Counted from the first letter of the stretch, positions 19,579 to 30,362 are shown. The stretch: 32,000 bases of DNA from Moraxella nasovis (GCF_022701215.1 NZ_CP089976.1:570001-602000); one strand, 5' to 3'. Translations and numbers: made by a program. Notes: generated from the letters alone by a model not told the origin.

Positions 19579-20550
19579 TTAGCTTGACAAATAAGGCTTA
19601 ACAAGGCTTGCCATCATCTGGATATGGTCAGCATTGTCATTTAAAGCAGGGATATAAGCATAAGATTTACCACCTGCTTTTAGGTAGTTGTCACGATTTT
19701 CTACCGCCAGTTCTTCTAGCGTCTCTAAGCAGTCTGCTGAGAATGCAGGGCTGATAACCTGCACAGATAGACCTAATTTCCCCCATTCGCCCAAAAGCTC
19801 ATCGGTATAAGGCTTAACCCACTCTTGGGCACCAAAGCGAGATTGGAAGCTTACCGCCCATTCATCTTTTGCCATGCCAAGCTTATCTGCCAAAAGCTGT
19901 GCGGTAATACGGCACTGTTCAGGGTACGGATCTCCTTTATCTGCATAGGGCTTAGGAATGCCATGAAAACTCATCAAAAGCTTATCGGCACGTCCATGCG
20001 TTGCCCAGTACGCCTGCACACTTCGTGCTAAGGCATCAATATATAAAGGATAGTCGTGATAGTCTTTAATTAATGTTAAAGCAGGCATGTTGCGATGCGA
20101 CATACAATATGCCATAACCTTATCAAATGCGGCAGCTGTTGAAGTGGCTGAGTATTGTGGGTACAGTGGCAATATGATAAATCTATCATAATCTCCTTGC
20201 TGTAACTGTGCCAAAACTTGCTTAACATTTGGCTTGCCATAAGTGGTAGCAGGAACAACCAAAATATCAGGCAATAGTGCTTGAAGTTGCTTGGCTTGGC
20301 TTTTTAAGATTGCCAAAAGCGGTGAACCTTGTGGTGTCCAAATACTCTGATAAGCGTGGGCAACACGGCGTGGGCGTGTACTTAGCACAAACACATTTAA
20401 AATGATTTGCCAGATGAGTTTAGGTATTTCAATAACTCGACTGTCTGACAAAAATTCTCTTAAATACTCACGCACACTTGCTGTTGTCGGCTCGCTTGGC
20501 GTTCCTAGATTCATTAAAATGACGGCGGTTTTTTGATTAAGATGGTTCAT
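19579..20550 (-). CDS. hemH: Ferrochelatase
   Basis: AVILMNLGTPSEPTTASVREYLREFLSDSRVIE, LPLYPQYSATST, SFHGIP, ISPAFSADCLETLEE. Confidence 0.95.
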   Translation of the reverse strand: MNHLNQKTAVILMNLGTPSEPTTASVREYLREFLSDSRVIEIPKLIWQIILNVFVLSTRPRRVAHAYQSIWTPQGSPLLAILKSQAKQLQALLPDILVVPATTYGKPNVKQVLAQLQQGDYDRFIILPLYPQYSATSTAAAFDKVMAYCMSHRNMPALTLIKDYHDYPLYIDALARSVQAYWATHGRADKLLMSFHGIPKPYADKGDPYPEQCRITAQLLADKLGMAKDEWAVSFQSRFGAQEWVKPYTDELLGEWGKLGLSVQVISPAFSADCLETLEELAVENRDNYLKAGGKSYAYIPALNDNADHIQMMASLVKPYLSS

Positions 20551-20831
20551 AACTGCTGATTAAGGATGATTAAACTGCGTTAGTTTAACATTTTTAGGGC
20601 TTTTTTGCTCAGATTCTGTACTTAACTTGCCAAGCGGTGCTTTTAGCCTTAAAATAACCCATAAAATGATAGGTGAAACTACACAGACTTAGATTATTTA
20701 CTTTGGTCGGTCACTAACATAAGTGACATATTTTATCGCCTACAAAATAATGGGTAGTAAACTAGCCCCCTACTTAAAAATAAACCACTAGCTTTTATAT
20801 TTTTTTAGCATTTGTCATTTTGAGAATTTTT

Positions 20832-22025
20832 GTGAATCAGACTACCATACCGCCTTATTTAGACCCAAGCTCTGTTGGCATCGTTCGCCCACAGACCATA
20901 CATTTTGATACGCCATTACTCTTAGAATGTCAGCGTACATTACATGAATTTGACTTAGTGATTGAGACTTATGGCACATTAAATGCAGACAAAACAAACG
21001 CCATCTTAATCTGCCATGCCTTATCAGGTAGTCATCACGCAGCAGGTTATCACAGCAAAACCGATACCAAGCCTGGCTGGTGGGATAAGCTGATTGGCAA
21101 AGGCAAGGCAATTGATACTGGTCAATTTTTTGTGGTGTGTTTAAATAACATTGGCTCATGCCACGGCTCAACAGGCCCTACCACCATCAATCCTAATACA
21201 GGTAAAATCTGGGGGGCAGACTTCCCGCTCATCACCATTAAAGACTGGGTAAAAACTCAAGTCATGCTCTCAGATTATCTTGGCATCGATAGATGGCATG
21301 CCATCGTAGGTGGCTCTATGGGCGGTATGCAAGCACTGCAATGGTCTGTAGATTTCCCCGAAAGACTCGCTCGCGCTGTTATTATCGCCAGCACCCCAAA
21401 AATCTCTGCCCAAAACATTGCCTTTAACGAGGTGGCGCGCCAATCCATCTTATCTGATGCAGATTTTTATGGCGGTAGATACTTAGAACAAGACACTTAC
21501 CCACGCCGAGGGGTTATGCTTGCTCGTATGCTTGGGCATATTACTTACATCACAGAAGATGCGATGAAAGCCAAATTTGGACGAGATCTTAAGTCTGGTA
21601 AATTCATGTACGGCTACGATGAAGAGTTTCAGGTTGAAAGCTATCTGCGATATCAAGGAGAGCGTTTTAGCAAAAATTTCGATGCAAACACCTACCTACT
21701 GATGACAAAAGCACTCGATTACTTCGACCCCACACGGTATTACTCAGATGATGATGTAGATGATGCAACGGCACTAAAGCAGACGCTCGCACGCACGCAA
21801 TGCCAGTTTTTAATTGTATCTTTTACCACAGATTGGCGATTTAGCCCAGAGCGTTCAGCAGAGATTACAGATGCACTTATCGCCAATCAAAAGCCTGTCA
21901 GCTATGTGAATATCGATGCACCGCATGGACATGATTCATTTTTATTTGACATTCCAAGGTATGTGCATGCCATAAAAGGCTTTTTAAACGCTCCACTAAT
22001 CTTAAAACCCACTCAAAACTTATAA
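20832..22025 (+). CDS. metX: Homoserine O-acyltransferase MetX. Acetyl versus succinyl specificity cannot be decided from the sequence alone.
   Basis: SVGIVRPQ...[38 protein letters not shown] (nucleophile elbow), HGHDSFL. There is no ATG at the N-terminus. The candidate starts are GTG 20832 and TTG 20820. Confidence 0.9.
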   Translation: MNQTTIPPYLDPSSVGIVRPQTIHFDTPLLLECQRTLHEFDLVIETYGTLNADKTNAILICHALSGSHHAAGYHSKTDTKPGWWDKLIGKGKAIDTGQFFVVCLNNIGSCHGSTGPTTINPNTGKIWGADFPLITIKDWVKTQVMLSDYLGIDRWHAIVGGSMGGMQALQWSVDFPERLARAVIIASTPKISAQNIAFNEVARQSILSDADFYGGRYLEQDTYPRRGVMLARMLGHITYITEDAMKAKFGRDLKSGKFMYGYDEEFQVESYLRYQGERFSKNFDANTYLLMTKALDYFDPTRYYSDDDVDDATALKQTLARTQCQFLIVSFTTDWRFSPERSAEITDALIANQKPVSYVNIDAPHGHDSFLFDIPRYVHAIKGFLNAPLILKPTQNL

Positions 22026-22034
22026 GAAAAACGC

Positions 22035-22643
22035 ATGAACATTGATCATCAACTTGCCCAAAAATGGATTAAGAAGAACTCAAAAGTATTGGACCTAGGC
22101 TGTGGCGATGGTGCCTTGCTTGAACACCTACAAAAATACCATGGTGTAACAGGCTATGGGTTAGAGCTTGACGAGCATAACATCAACCAAGCCATTAGTA
22201 GAGGTCTAAATATCATCGAGCAAGATCTTAATGATGGGCTTGGTAGGTTTGCTGATGGTAGCTTTGATACTGTGGTGATGACCCGTGCCTTACAAGCGGT
22301 CAAAAACCCCAAAAATCTACTGCTAGATATGCTAAGAGTGGCAAATGAAGGCATTGTTACGTTTCCAAATTTCGCCTATTGGCAAAACCGTGTCTATCTT
22401 GGGCTAAAAGGCATTATGCCTATCAGCAAGACCATTCCACATGAGTGGTATAACACCCCAAACATTCATTTATGCACTTTTAAGGACTTTGAAAGACTGT
22501 GTGCTGATAACGATATTAAAATCTTAGATGCTGTGGCGATTAATGACGACTCTCATCTACCTTCTAAGCTCATGCAAAAAGTCGTCAAGTATGCACCAAA
22601 CCTACTGGCTGACGTTGCAATCTACCACATCGCCAAGGGCTGA
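22035..22643 (+). CDS. metW: Methionine biosynthesis protein MetW (SAM-methyltransferase fold)
   Basis: VLDLGCGDGALLEHL (SAM motif I) and FPNFAYWQNR..L..G.MP typical of MetW. It starts 9 nt after the metX stop. Confidence 0.9.
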   Translation: MNIDHQLAQKWIKKNSKVLDLGCGDGALLEHLQKYHGVTGYGLELDEHNINQAISRGLNIIEQDLNDGLGRFADGSFDTVVMTRALQAVKNPKNLLLDMLRVANEGIVTFPNFAYWQNRVYLGLKGIMPISKTIPHEWYNTPNIHLCTFKDFERLCADNDIKILDAVAINDDSHLPSKLMQKVVKYAPNLLADVAIYHIAKG

Positions 22644-22711
22644 TATAAGTAGGTAAATTGAGTTTTTGCCGATTTAATGTTACCATACTGACAAACCAAT
22701 TAGGAGTGACT

Positions 22712-23293
22712 ATGAAACTGTTAAAGGCTGTGTTATTGGTCGGGTCATTGTGTACTGCCAGCTTAGCTTCTGCTGAATTAACATCAAACATACCCCTAAA
22801 CGTCTCTCGTTTTGAGATGATGGATATTACAGGTCTTACGCACCTTGCTCAGTCTGGCAACCATCATGCTCAATTTTTCTTAGCCATGCGTCTGCAAAAA
22901 GGAAAAGGCGTGGTAAAAGATGCAAAAAAAGCAGCCTATTGGTACACCAAAGCTGCCGAACAAGGCATTGCCCCAGCACAGCTAAATCTTGGCTTTATGT
23001 ATCTTAAAGGCGAAGGCGTTCAAGGCAGTATGGCACTTGGTCGCACATGGCTAGAAAAAGCAGCACGCCTAGGCGATAACCGTGCCAGCTACGCCCTAGC
23101 AATGATTGACGAGAGTCAAAAACGCTTTGTCGATGCTTATAAATGGTATGATCTTTCAGGTCGTGATGGCATGCTTGACAAAGGCATTCGTGCTAAAGCC
23201 CACGCAAAAGTTGGTGAGTTGGCACTAAATTTATCATCAAGCCAAATCCAGCAAGCCAAGACTTTAGCCACAACTTGGTTTCAAGGTCAATAA
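22712..23293 (+). CDS. Secreted Sel1-like repeat (SLR/TPR-like) protein
   Basis: ATG 22712 is preceded by TAGGAG. It opens a signal peptide, MKLLKAVLLVGSLCTASLASA-EL. Repeated A.YWYTKAAEQG...AQ.NLG.MY..G.GV-type Sel1 units follow. The ORF-track start at 22658 adds 18 unsupported residues. Confidence 0.8.
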   Translation: MKLLKAVLLVGSLCTASLASAELTSNIPLNVSRFEMMDITGLTHLAQSGNHHAQFFLAMRLQKGKGVVKDAKKAAYWYTKAAEQGIAPAQLNLGFMYLKGEGVQGSMALGRTWLEKAARLGDNRASYALAMIDESQKRFVDAYKWYDLSGRDGMLDKGIRAKAHAKVGELALNLSSSQIQQAKTLATTWFQGQ

Positions 23294-23452
23294 TAATCCT
23301 AAAAGTATGATTAAATCGGCATTTTTGCAACTTTTTGTTTACCTTAGCATCTTAGATGCAAAAATGTCTTTATAATTTAATCACTTGGCAGAATTACCAA
23401 ATTGTCACGCAAATTACCACACGTGTTTTTAGACATAAGATTAGTGGACAAT

Positions 23453-23484
23453 AAAAAAGATTTGGCAAGTACCAAATCTTTTTT
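23453..23484. terminator. Bidirectional rho-independent terminator between the convergent Sel1-repeat and C13-peptidase genes
   Basis: AAAAAAGATTTGG (23453-23465), 6-nt loop, CCAAATCTTTTTT (23472-23484). The stem is 13 bp and perfect, with A/T runs on both sides. Confidence 0.75.
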
Positions 23485-23488
23485 ATTG

Positions 23489-24931
23489 TTATTTATCTAG
23501 CATCACACTTGTCTTTGGCAAGGTAATCACATGATCTTTAGCATGGAAGAATAACGCCTTTTCTAGCTCTGGCAAGGCTTCTTGCATGACCACACCTACT
23601 GACATCTGTGGCTCAGATGGCTCAAACCCCATCAAAGCTTCACGTTCAGAGACGCGGCGTGTCGCTTGCAAAAACGCTTGGCGTAAGCTTGTCTGCTGTC
23701 TTAATCCTTCAGAAAAGAAAGCTCTACCAAAATAAGTCATATCCGCATCATTACTACACCCAAAAGAGGCTCTATCGGCTCGTGATGCAGTGATAATGGC
23801 AGTTGTTGGGCTTTTTAATCTGTCAATAAATGCACCAGAGTAACACGATGACACCACGATGACACGCCACTTAATACCCGAAGCATCCAAAGCCCCACGC
23901 AGCCACACTGGATCAATTAGTTCAAGTTCTAAGGGGGGATTGCTAAGCACCAAATCGCCACTAATCGTGCCAGCTTCATCTACCGCACCATGCGAACTAA
24001 GTGCCAAAAATAGCACATCTTCATCAACATTCATCCGCTCGCCCACTTGCTTTAAAGTTCTAGCTAAGCTTGTGCGACTGGCGATTGGGTCACTTTCCCA
24101 TGTTTTGGGATTATTGACAAGCTCAATCGAGCGTCCTTTTGTACCAAATCTATCATCAAACAAATCTTTTGCCTGACCTATTTCGCTGGCAAATACATCT
24201 TGGTCTGCATAGCCTGCCATACCCACAAAGAACCACTCTGTCGTTCCTTTTACCCCGTGATGAATATCTTGTAAGACTGTATCTAGTATCATCGGCTGAG
24301 CGTAAAACATGGCTTCACTGATACTAGGTTGTACTTGTTTTGCCTTAAAAATCGGTTGGTCAGCGACGTTTTTTTGCCACACGCCAAGTAAGCTTATCAT
24401 GCCTACCGTCATCAATATTCGCTCCCACCAGACCCACCGCTGCTGCTTGGCAAATATCCACAGCAATGCAACGGTTTGCCAAATAAATAAAATGGTGAAT
24501 AGCGTTGGCATCACCGTATAAACAGCATCAGGCAAAACACCTTTAATGTCTAAGAACTGAATGGCACTTTGGAGCAAGGCAAGCACCGTATCAGCTGTCA
24601 GCCATAATATCGCAGGCACGAACAACAGCGAGTAATTTTGGGTGCGTTTTGCCATGATAATGCCTGCCACCACAATGATAGCAGGCCAAACCAAGTAGCT
24701 AATGAGACCTTGTTCATTAAAATAACTGCCAAAATCCGCTGATAAATGTGAAAATAACACATTAGCACACAGTGCAGACACCAAAAATAGTACAAACTGT
24801 GCAAAGGTCGGCTTCACAAACAAAAACGCTCGAGTACTACCACACAGCATATAAAATGCCGCTTTGATATTGGCGATAAAATTTGACGAAAAGCGTGGTA
24901 ATAATTCCACTTTTAATGATGTTAAAGACAA
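23489..24931 (-). CDS. Membrane-anchored peptidase C13 (legumain-like, clan CD caspase fold) family protein
   Basis: The N-terminal ~190 aa carry ~5-6 hydrophobic helices. The C-terminal domain has a clan-CD catalytic dyad context: VLFLALSSHGA (His-Gly) and RVIVVSSCYSGAFI (Cys). The start is a TTG at 24931 with AAGAG 6 nt upstream, so it is uncertain. Confidence 0.7.
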   Translation of the reverse strand: MSLTSLKVELLPRFSSNFIANIKAAFYMLCGSTRAFLFVKPTFAQFVLFLVSALCANVLFSHLSADFGSYFNEQGLISYLVWPAIIVVAGIIMAKRTQNYSLLFVPAILWLTADTVLALLQSAIQFLDIKGVLPDAVYTVMPTLFTILFIWQTVALLWIFAKQQRWVWWERILMTVGMISLLGVWQKNVADQPIFKAKQVQPSISEAMFYAQPMILDTVLQDIHHGVKGTTEWFFVGMAGYADQDVFASEIGQAKDLFDDRFGTKGRSIELVNNPKTWESDPIASRTSLARTLKQVGERMNVDEDVLFLALSSHGAVDEAGTISGDLVLSNPPLELELIDPVWLRGALDASGIKWRVIVVSSCYSGAFIDRLKSPTTAIITASRADRASFGCSNDADMTYFGRAFFSEGLRQQTSLRQAFLQATRRVSEREALMGFEPSEPQMSVGVVMQEALPELEKALFFHAKDHVITLPKTSVMLDK

Positions 24932-25031
24932 AATAGACTCTTATTTTTTAATTCTTTTATGAAAAAAATATATGTTTTTAGTACGCTTAACCCTTAAAAT
25001 ATCGATTGGCGTATCAGTACCACATCAAAAG

Positions 25032-26093
25032 CTAGTTGCCAAGACTTAGGCTGTCTTGATTGGGTAAGGTAAGCGTTTGCATATCCCAGCGAGGCACACA
25101 GGCGACCGATAGATCATCTCGTTGTCCTGCTTTTAAGCGGCAAAACCCTGCATAAGCAATCATCGCCCCATTATCCGTACACAGATGTGGCGGTGCATAA
25201 TGCACACTTGCCCCAATCTTATCTAATGCCTGCTCAAGGCTAAGCCTTAAACTTGTGTTTGCTGATACGCCACCTGCGATGACTAGATCTTTTAGACCTG
25301 TTTGCTTAAGGGCTTTCACGCTTTTTTTGACCAGCGTATCAACAACAGCATACTCAAAGCTTGCGGCAATATCGGCACGCACCACAGGGTCACTATCAGA
25401 ATTGGGTATGTCTTTAATCAGGTTATGTACCGCGGTCTTCATACCACTAAAACTAAAGTCCAAGCCCTTATGCAGCATAGGGCGTGGCAACTCGTAAGCA
25501 TACTTATCACCAGCTTCGGCAAGCTTAGCAATATTAGGTCCGCCCGGGTAAGGCAGGTTTAGCATCTTAGCAGCTTTATCAAAACACTCGCCTGCTGCAT
25601 CATCAATCGACTCACCTAAAATCTGATACTGACCGACGCCATCAGCTCGCACAAGCATGGTATGTCCACCAGATACAAGCAAGCAGACAAATGGGAATGC
25701 TACATCGTCTGAACCAAGCAAAGGAGCTAATAAATGCCCCTCCATGTGGTGCACACCGATTGCAGGCACGCCAAGCCCAAAGGCAAGCGAGCGTCCAAAT
25801 AACGCACCTGTCATTAATGCTCCGATTAATCCTGGGCCTTTAGTGTAGGCGATTGCGTCGATGTCGGATTTTTGGATGTCTGCCTTATCAAGCACTTGTC
25901 TTAATAATGGGACAAGCTTACGAATGTGATCACGGCTGGCAAGCTCAGGAACGACACCACCATAAGTGGCGTGTAGCTCAATTTGGCTGTATAACACTTG
26001 TGCTAAGATACCGCCCCTACCTTCGTTCAGCTCACTGTCATAAATGGCAAGTCCAGTCTCATCACACGACGTTTCTAAGCCCAAAACTTTCAT
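25032..26093 (-). CDS. tsaD: tRNA N6-adenosine threonylcarbamoyltransferase TsaD
   Basis: [51 protein letters not shown]. The conserved N-terminus fixes the start at 26093, not the ORF-track start at 26165. Confidence 0.95.
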   Translation of the reverse strand: MKVLGLETSCDETGLAIYDSELNEGRGGILAQVLYSQIELHATYGGVVPELASRDHIRKLVPLLRQVLDKADIQKSDIDAIAYTKGPGLIGALMTGALFGRSLAFGLGVPAIGVHHMEGHLLAPLLGSDDVAFPFVCLLVSGGHTMLVRADGVGQYQILGESIDDAAGECFDKAAKMLNLPYPGGPNIAKLAEAGDKYAYELPRPMLHKGLDFSFSGMKTAVHNLIKDIPNSDSDPVVRADIAASFEYAVVDTLVKKSVKALKQTGLKDLVIAGGVSANTSLRLSLEQALDKIGASVHYAPPHLCTDNGAMIAYAGFCRLKAGQRDDLSVACVPRWDMQTLTLPNQDSLSLGN

Positions 26094-26285
26094 AATCATC
26101 CATCTAAATTTAGTAAATAAATACATTATATCATGACTGCTTACAGCGTGCGAAAGTTTCATCACGCTTAAGCTTGGTTATTATCAGACAAAAGTAGTGC
26201 AAACATATGATATGACAAAACTGGTATTTTATTTAGATAACGTGGTAAAATAGCCGATGAATATAAAAATAGAGCACGGCACTGT

Positions 26286-28679
26286 ATGACAACCCAAACC
26301 CAGCCAAATAAACGTTTGCTTGCACCAATCATCATCATAATGATTCGCTGTGCCGTGGCACTGTTTGCATTGGTATTGATTCTAATTTTAGCCCTTCCGA
26401 TCAGCTTTTATGGCATGGCAATGTACCTTGAGCCAACCTTGCCAGATGTCAAGTCCATTGACGAAAATAAACTTGCCATGCCCCTACAAATCTACACGGC
26501 TGATAATAAGCTCATCGGTCAATACGGCAATCGTTACGCCCTTCCTATCACTCGTAAAGAGATTCCTGAGCATCTAATTCATGCTTTTTTGGCAGCAGAG
26601 GACAGTAGTTTTTTTGAGCACAGTGGCATTAGCGTTAAGGGGCTTGGTCGTGCGGTCACTGAAGTTATCACAGATGATGACACACAAACAGGTGGTTCAA
26701 CCATCACCATGCAGGTCGCTAAAAACTACTTTTTAAGTTCAGAGCGTACTTTAAACCGTAAGCTAACCGAGCTGTTTATCGCTCGTAAAATTGAAAATGA
26801 AATGACCAAAGATCAAATCTTGACTTTATATGTCAATAAGATTTATCTAGGCGAAGGGGCATATGGTATCGCTGCTGCTGCTCGACGTTATTTCAGCAAG
26901 ACTTTAGATCGCTTAACCATCGCTGAGATGGCGATGATTGCAGGTCTGCCAAAAGCACCATCAACCTTTAACCCTGTTGTCAATCCTGAGCGAGCCTTAG
27001 AACGTCGTAACTGGATTATTGGGCGTATGCTTGCCGAAGGATTTATCACCCAAGCAGAGCATGATGAAGCAGTCGCTGCACCCATTGGACTAAACCTATA
27101 CCGAGAGCAGCTTGATGCAAATATGCTTTACTTATCAGAAATGACTCGTTCTGCCTTAGTTGAACGCTATGGAGAGCAAGTCATAGACAGTGGCTGGCGT
27201 GTTCAGCTGACCGTGGACAGCAAAGAGCAGATTGCCGCTAAAAATGCGGTGCAATCAGGACTAAGAAACTATGATGCTCGTCACGGCTGGCGAGGCGTAG
27301 AGGCCGAAAAAGGCGATCTACAATCACTTAAACCCTTTGACGACATACTGCCTGCTGAAGTTATCAAGGTAAATGATCACAGCTTTGAGGCTAAGCTTCA
27401 ATCTGGTGATACTGTCACTATTAATTGGTCTGGTATGAATTGGGCACGCCGCTATTACGATGCCGACCGCTCAGGTGGCAGCTTTAGTAACGCTCATCAA
27501 ATGGTTAAAGTAGGCAATATCGTACGCATCTCACCGCTGAACGAAGATAAGACAGCGTGGAAAATGGCAAATGTACCTGTTGTTCAAGGTGCTCTTGTTT
27601 CCTTAAATCCAGAAAATGGGGCATTGCGTGCCTTAGTCGGTGGCTTTCACTATAACCAAAGTAAGTTTAACCGAGCCACTCAAGGTTATCGCCAGCCTGG
27701 ATCAATTATCAAGCCTTTTATTTATTCTGCCGCCTTAGAAACTGGCAAATTAACTCCCGATAGCTTAGTATCTGATGCTGCCATTCGCATTGGCGGTTGG
27801 CAACCAAAAAACTCCGATGGTCGTTACACAGGCGATATGACAGTGCGACGTGCCTTAGCATTATCTCGCAACACTCCAGCTGTACGAGTACTTCGCACGG
27901 CTGGTCTTGAGAATGCTAGAAACACGCTAACCATGCTTGGTTTAGAAAAAGAAAACCTGCCAGGTAGTTATGCCCTAGCACTTGGAGCAGCAAGCGTTAC
28001 CCCCTTACAGATGGCGACAGGCTTTAGTGCGATAATTAATGGCGGACATCGCATTCAGCCTTACTTTATTGAGCGGATTTATAACTTTGATAATCAAATC
28101 ATTTTCCAAGCCAATCCCGCCCAAGCCTGTGCTATTTGCTTTAACCAAGATTTAGCTCAGCATAATCAAATGCTCGTGGACAACTTTAAAGAACAAAAAA
28201 CCAAAAAAGCAGAAAGTGATGTCAATGATGGCTCAAATACCGATGCAGTTGCTCAGATGGATAGGCTAGACCCTACCACGCCTGCCCAATATAATGCTGC
28301 CGTTCAAGCTCCACGAGTGCTAAGCCCGCAGACAGCTTATAACATGTCAACCATGATGCGAGAAGTTATCACCAGTGGGACAGCACGTCGAGCATTGGCA
28401 CTGGGACGCTCTGATGTAGGCGGTAAAACAGGCACAACTAACCTTGCAAAAGACGCATGGTTTGCAGGCATACACCCAACGAGTGCTACTGTGGTGTGGG
28501 TCGGCTTTGACACGCCATCTACGCTAGGTGCGCGAGAATATGGCGGTGTGGCGGCATTGCCAATTTGGCTAGACTTTACTCGTCAACAACTTCAAGGCAC
28601 GCCCCACCAGTGGGTCAATCCTGAGAATCGATCACGCTCTCAGATTGCCAAACAAGAAATCGTTAATATCACTGATTAA
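26286..28679 (+). CDS. mrcA: Bifunctional class A penicillin-binding protein 1A (glycosyltransferase + transpeptidase)
   Basis: N-terminal TM anchor. GT51 motifs EDSSFFEHSGI, GGSTITMQVAKN and RKLTE. Transpeptidase motifs SIIKP (SxxK), SRN (SxN) and KTGTT. Confidence 0.95.
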   Translation: MTTQTQPNKRLLAPIIIIMIRCAVALFALVLILILALPISFYGMAMYLEPTLPDVKSIDENKLAMPLQIYTADNKLIGQYGNRYALPITRKEIPEHLIHAFLAAEDSSFFEHSGISVKGLGRAVTEVITDDDTQTGGSTITMQVAKNYFLSSERTLNRKLTELFIARKIENEMTKDQILTLYVNKIYLGEGAYGIAAAARRYFSKTLDRLTIAEMAMIAGLPKAPSTFNPVVNPERALERRNWIIGRMLAEGFITQAEHDEAVAAPIGLNLYREQLDANMLYLSEMTRSALVERYGEQVIDSGWRVQLTVDSKEQIAAKNAVQSGLRNYDARHGWRGVEAEKGDLQSLKPFDDILPAEVIKVNDHSFEAKLQSGDTVTINWSGMNWARRYYDADRSGGSFSNAHQMVKVGNIVRISPLNEDKTAWKMANVPVVQGALVSLNPENGALRALVGGFHYNQSKFNRATQGYRQPGSIIKPFIYSAALETGKLTPDSLVSDAAIRIGGWQPKNSDGRYTGDMTVRRALALSRNTPAVRVLRTAGLENARNTLTMLGLEKENLPGSYALALGAASVTPLQMATGFSAIINGGHRIQPYFIERIYNFDNQIIFQANPAQACAICFNQDLAQHNQMLVDNFKEQKTKKAESDVNDGSNTDAVAQMDRLDPTTPAQYNAAVQAPRVLSPQTAYNMSTMMREVITSGTARRALALGRSDVGGKTGTTNLAKDAWFAGIHPTSATVVWVGFDTPSTLGAREYGGVAALPIWLDFTRQQLQGTPHQWVNPENRSRSQIAKQEIVNITD

Positions 28680-30362
28680 CTAAAAATACTTTAAGTATTG
28701 CAATGTCACGTCATTATCAGTGTGGGCATTATTTTTAGATAGCTTGCCTGTCAGTCTAACTGCTTCGTTTTGATTAATATCGTACTGAGCAGCCACCTTA
28801 ACTGTGGGCTGTACATATACCGAACGGCTTGCACTTTTGTCTGGGTGTAGCCAAATTGGCAACTCCATTTCGCCTGTCATTCGGTAGCGATTACCAACAT
28901 AAGCACAGCCTGCATTTGCCCCAATACCCACACGATAGCCTTGATTGATATTGCCAAGCTGAACGCCCTTAATCAAAAATGCATGACACATTAGTGTTTG
29001 TAACCCATCTACACCAACCACCCACGCCTTACCCTTTTCTTGACGAGCGTCTAACACCAAATGCCGAGTATTATCTGTATTAGACGCATCCACAGCCTTA
29101 ATCAGACCCAAATGAATGCCGTGCGATGGTCTATCATCATCTGGATGATAACTTCTGGTGGATAATAAGCGAAAGCTTTCTAGGCTTGGGCCTTGTTGGT
29201 GTTGCCATGCGATATCAGCAGTTAGTAGGCTTAAATCATGAAACTGTCTAACACCTTGGGGGCGATCTAGCAGGTCATGATACGCCCCTTTTATACTTAA
29301 AGTGTACGCCGTATCGGCCTGCACCTTTGCCACACCGACGCCAATGCGGTGCATGGGTGCTGATAAAGCTGGATCTTTTTGATTTAGATAACTTTGGGTG
29401 ATGTCTTTTTTAAAATTTGCTTGAGCTTTAGTAACTTCTGAAGAAATAAATTCACGGCTAGCAATCATGCCATGCTCTGTAAGCAGGCGTGCAATCTCAG
29501 ATGGCGTGGTAATTTTCCCCGAGCTATCGGCTAGGTTTTGGTCAGTACGCACCACGTCAATCAGCCTTAAAATCTCAGTAGCACAGTTTTTATGCGTAAA
29601 AAAATAAGGTCGATTCAATGCTCTGGTTTCATAGATATGTCTCATGATTTGGCGTACTTCATCAGAAGTTAAATCCAAAGGATATACCCACACATCACGC
29701 CCATCACTTAGATATTGTTCTGTCTTTTTAGTGTAAGGCATGATCTGTAAAACCATAGGCGAGCGACCAGTCAAAGCTTTAGTAAGGGCTAGTGCCTTTG
29801 AGTCGCTTGGATTTGTAGATACGGTATAGTTGATAGAAGTATCATGCCAAGCACCCTTGTCACTTGCGCGAATAAACACATGGGCAAATGCTGAAGCCAA
29901 ATTTTCTGAATGTTCGCTTGCAAATACCAAGGCAAGCTCATCTAGACCCATTTGGCTTTGCCACACACTAAAATCGTGGCACTGTTCATCATCAAATGAA
30001 ATGCCTATCTGATGACTGACAAACGCCGCTCGTGCAGGGAATTGGCATATAACCGTTAAATCATTTACAGATAAAGCTTGAATAATCGCTTGCAATTCAG
30101 CCTGTGGATTTACCACATCACCATGCACCAAAAAGAAATTTGATTGGGTAATTTCACTTTTTTCATAAGCCTGTGGAACTTTTGGTAAAAATAACAACCT
30201 TCTCCAAGTTGGGTGCTTAGCCAATGTCTGAGCATCCACTTGACTTGTCACTATCTTAGAATGATGGTCGCCACTGTCGCCTATTGCTGCTTTGCCAAGC
30301 AGACTTATGGCAAGCATTGAAGTACAAAAAACACCTTTAACGAAAAATTGAGCTAACTTCAT
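28680..30362 (-). CDS. Exported DUF4105 (Lnb N-terminal-like) domain protein with an outer-membrane-type C-terminal beta-signal
   Basis: ATG 30362 opens a signal-peptide-like MKLAQFFVKGVFCTSMLAISLLGKAAIG. The central block FAHVFIRA...INYTV...YLSDGRDVWVYPLDLTSDEVRQIMRHIYE...YFFTHKNCATEILRLID resembles DUF4105 as I recall it. The C-terminus ...DVTLQYLKYF ends in Phe with alternating hydrophobic residues. The ORF-track start at 30524 would overlap ampD. Confidence 0.6.
   Translation of the reverse strand: MKLAQFFVKGVFCTSMLAISLLGKAAIGDSGDHHSKIVTSQVDAQTLAKHPTWRRLLFLPKVPQAYEKSEITQSNFFLVHGDVVNPQAELQAIIQALSVNDLTVICQFPARAAFVSHQIGISFDDEQCHDFSVWQSQMGLDELALVFASEHSENLASAFAHVFIRASDKGAWHDTSINYTVSTNPSDSKALALTKALTGRSPMVLQIMPYTKKTEQYLSDGRDVWVYPLDLTSDEVRQIMRHIYETRALNRPYFFTHKNCATEILRLIDVVRTDQNLADSSGKITTPSEIARLLTEHGMIASREFISSEVTKAQANFKKDITQSYLNQKDPALSAPMHRIGVGVAKVQADTAYTLSIKGAYHDLLDRPQGVRQFHDLSLLTADIAWQHQQGPSLESFRLLSTRSYHPDDDRPSHGIHLGLIKAVDASNTDNTRHLVLDARQEKGKAWVVGVDGLQTLMCHAFLIKGVQLGNINQGYRVGIGANAGCAYVGNRYRMTGEMELPIWLHPDKSASRSVYVQPTVKVAAQYDINQNEAVRLTGKLSKNNAHTDNDVTLQYLKYF

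Noticed and set aside
23320-23366. 10-bp inverted repeat CATTTTTGCA / TGCAAAAATG with a 27-nt loop downstream of the Sel1-repeat gene
   Set aside because: It is an AT-rich stem with a large loop and no clear U-tract. A much stronger bidirectional terminator lies 90 bp further on (23453-23484). It is probably fortuitous or a minor secondary structure.
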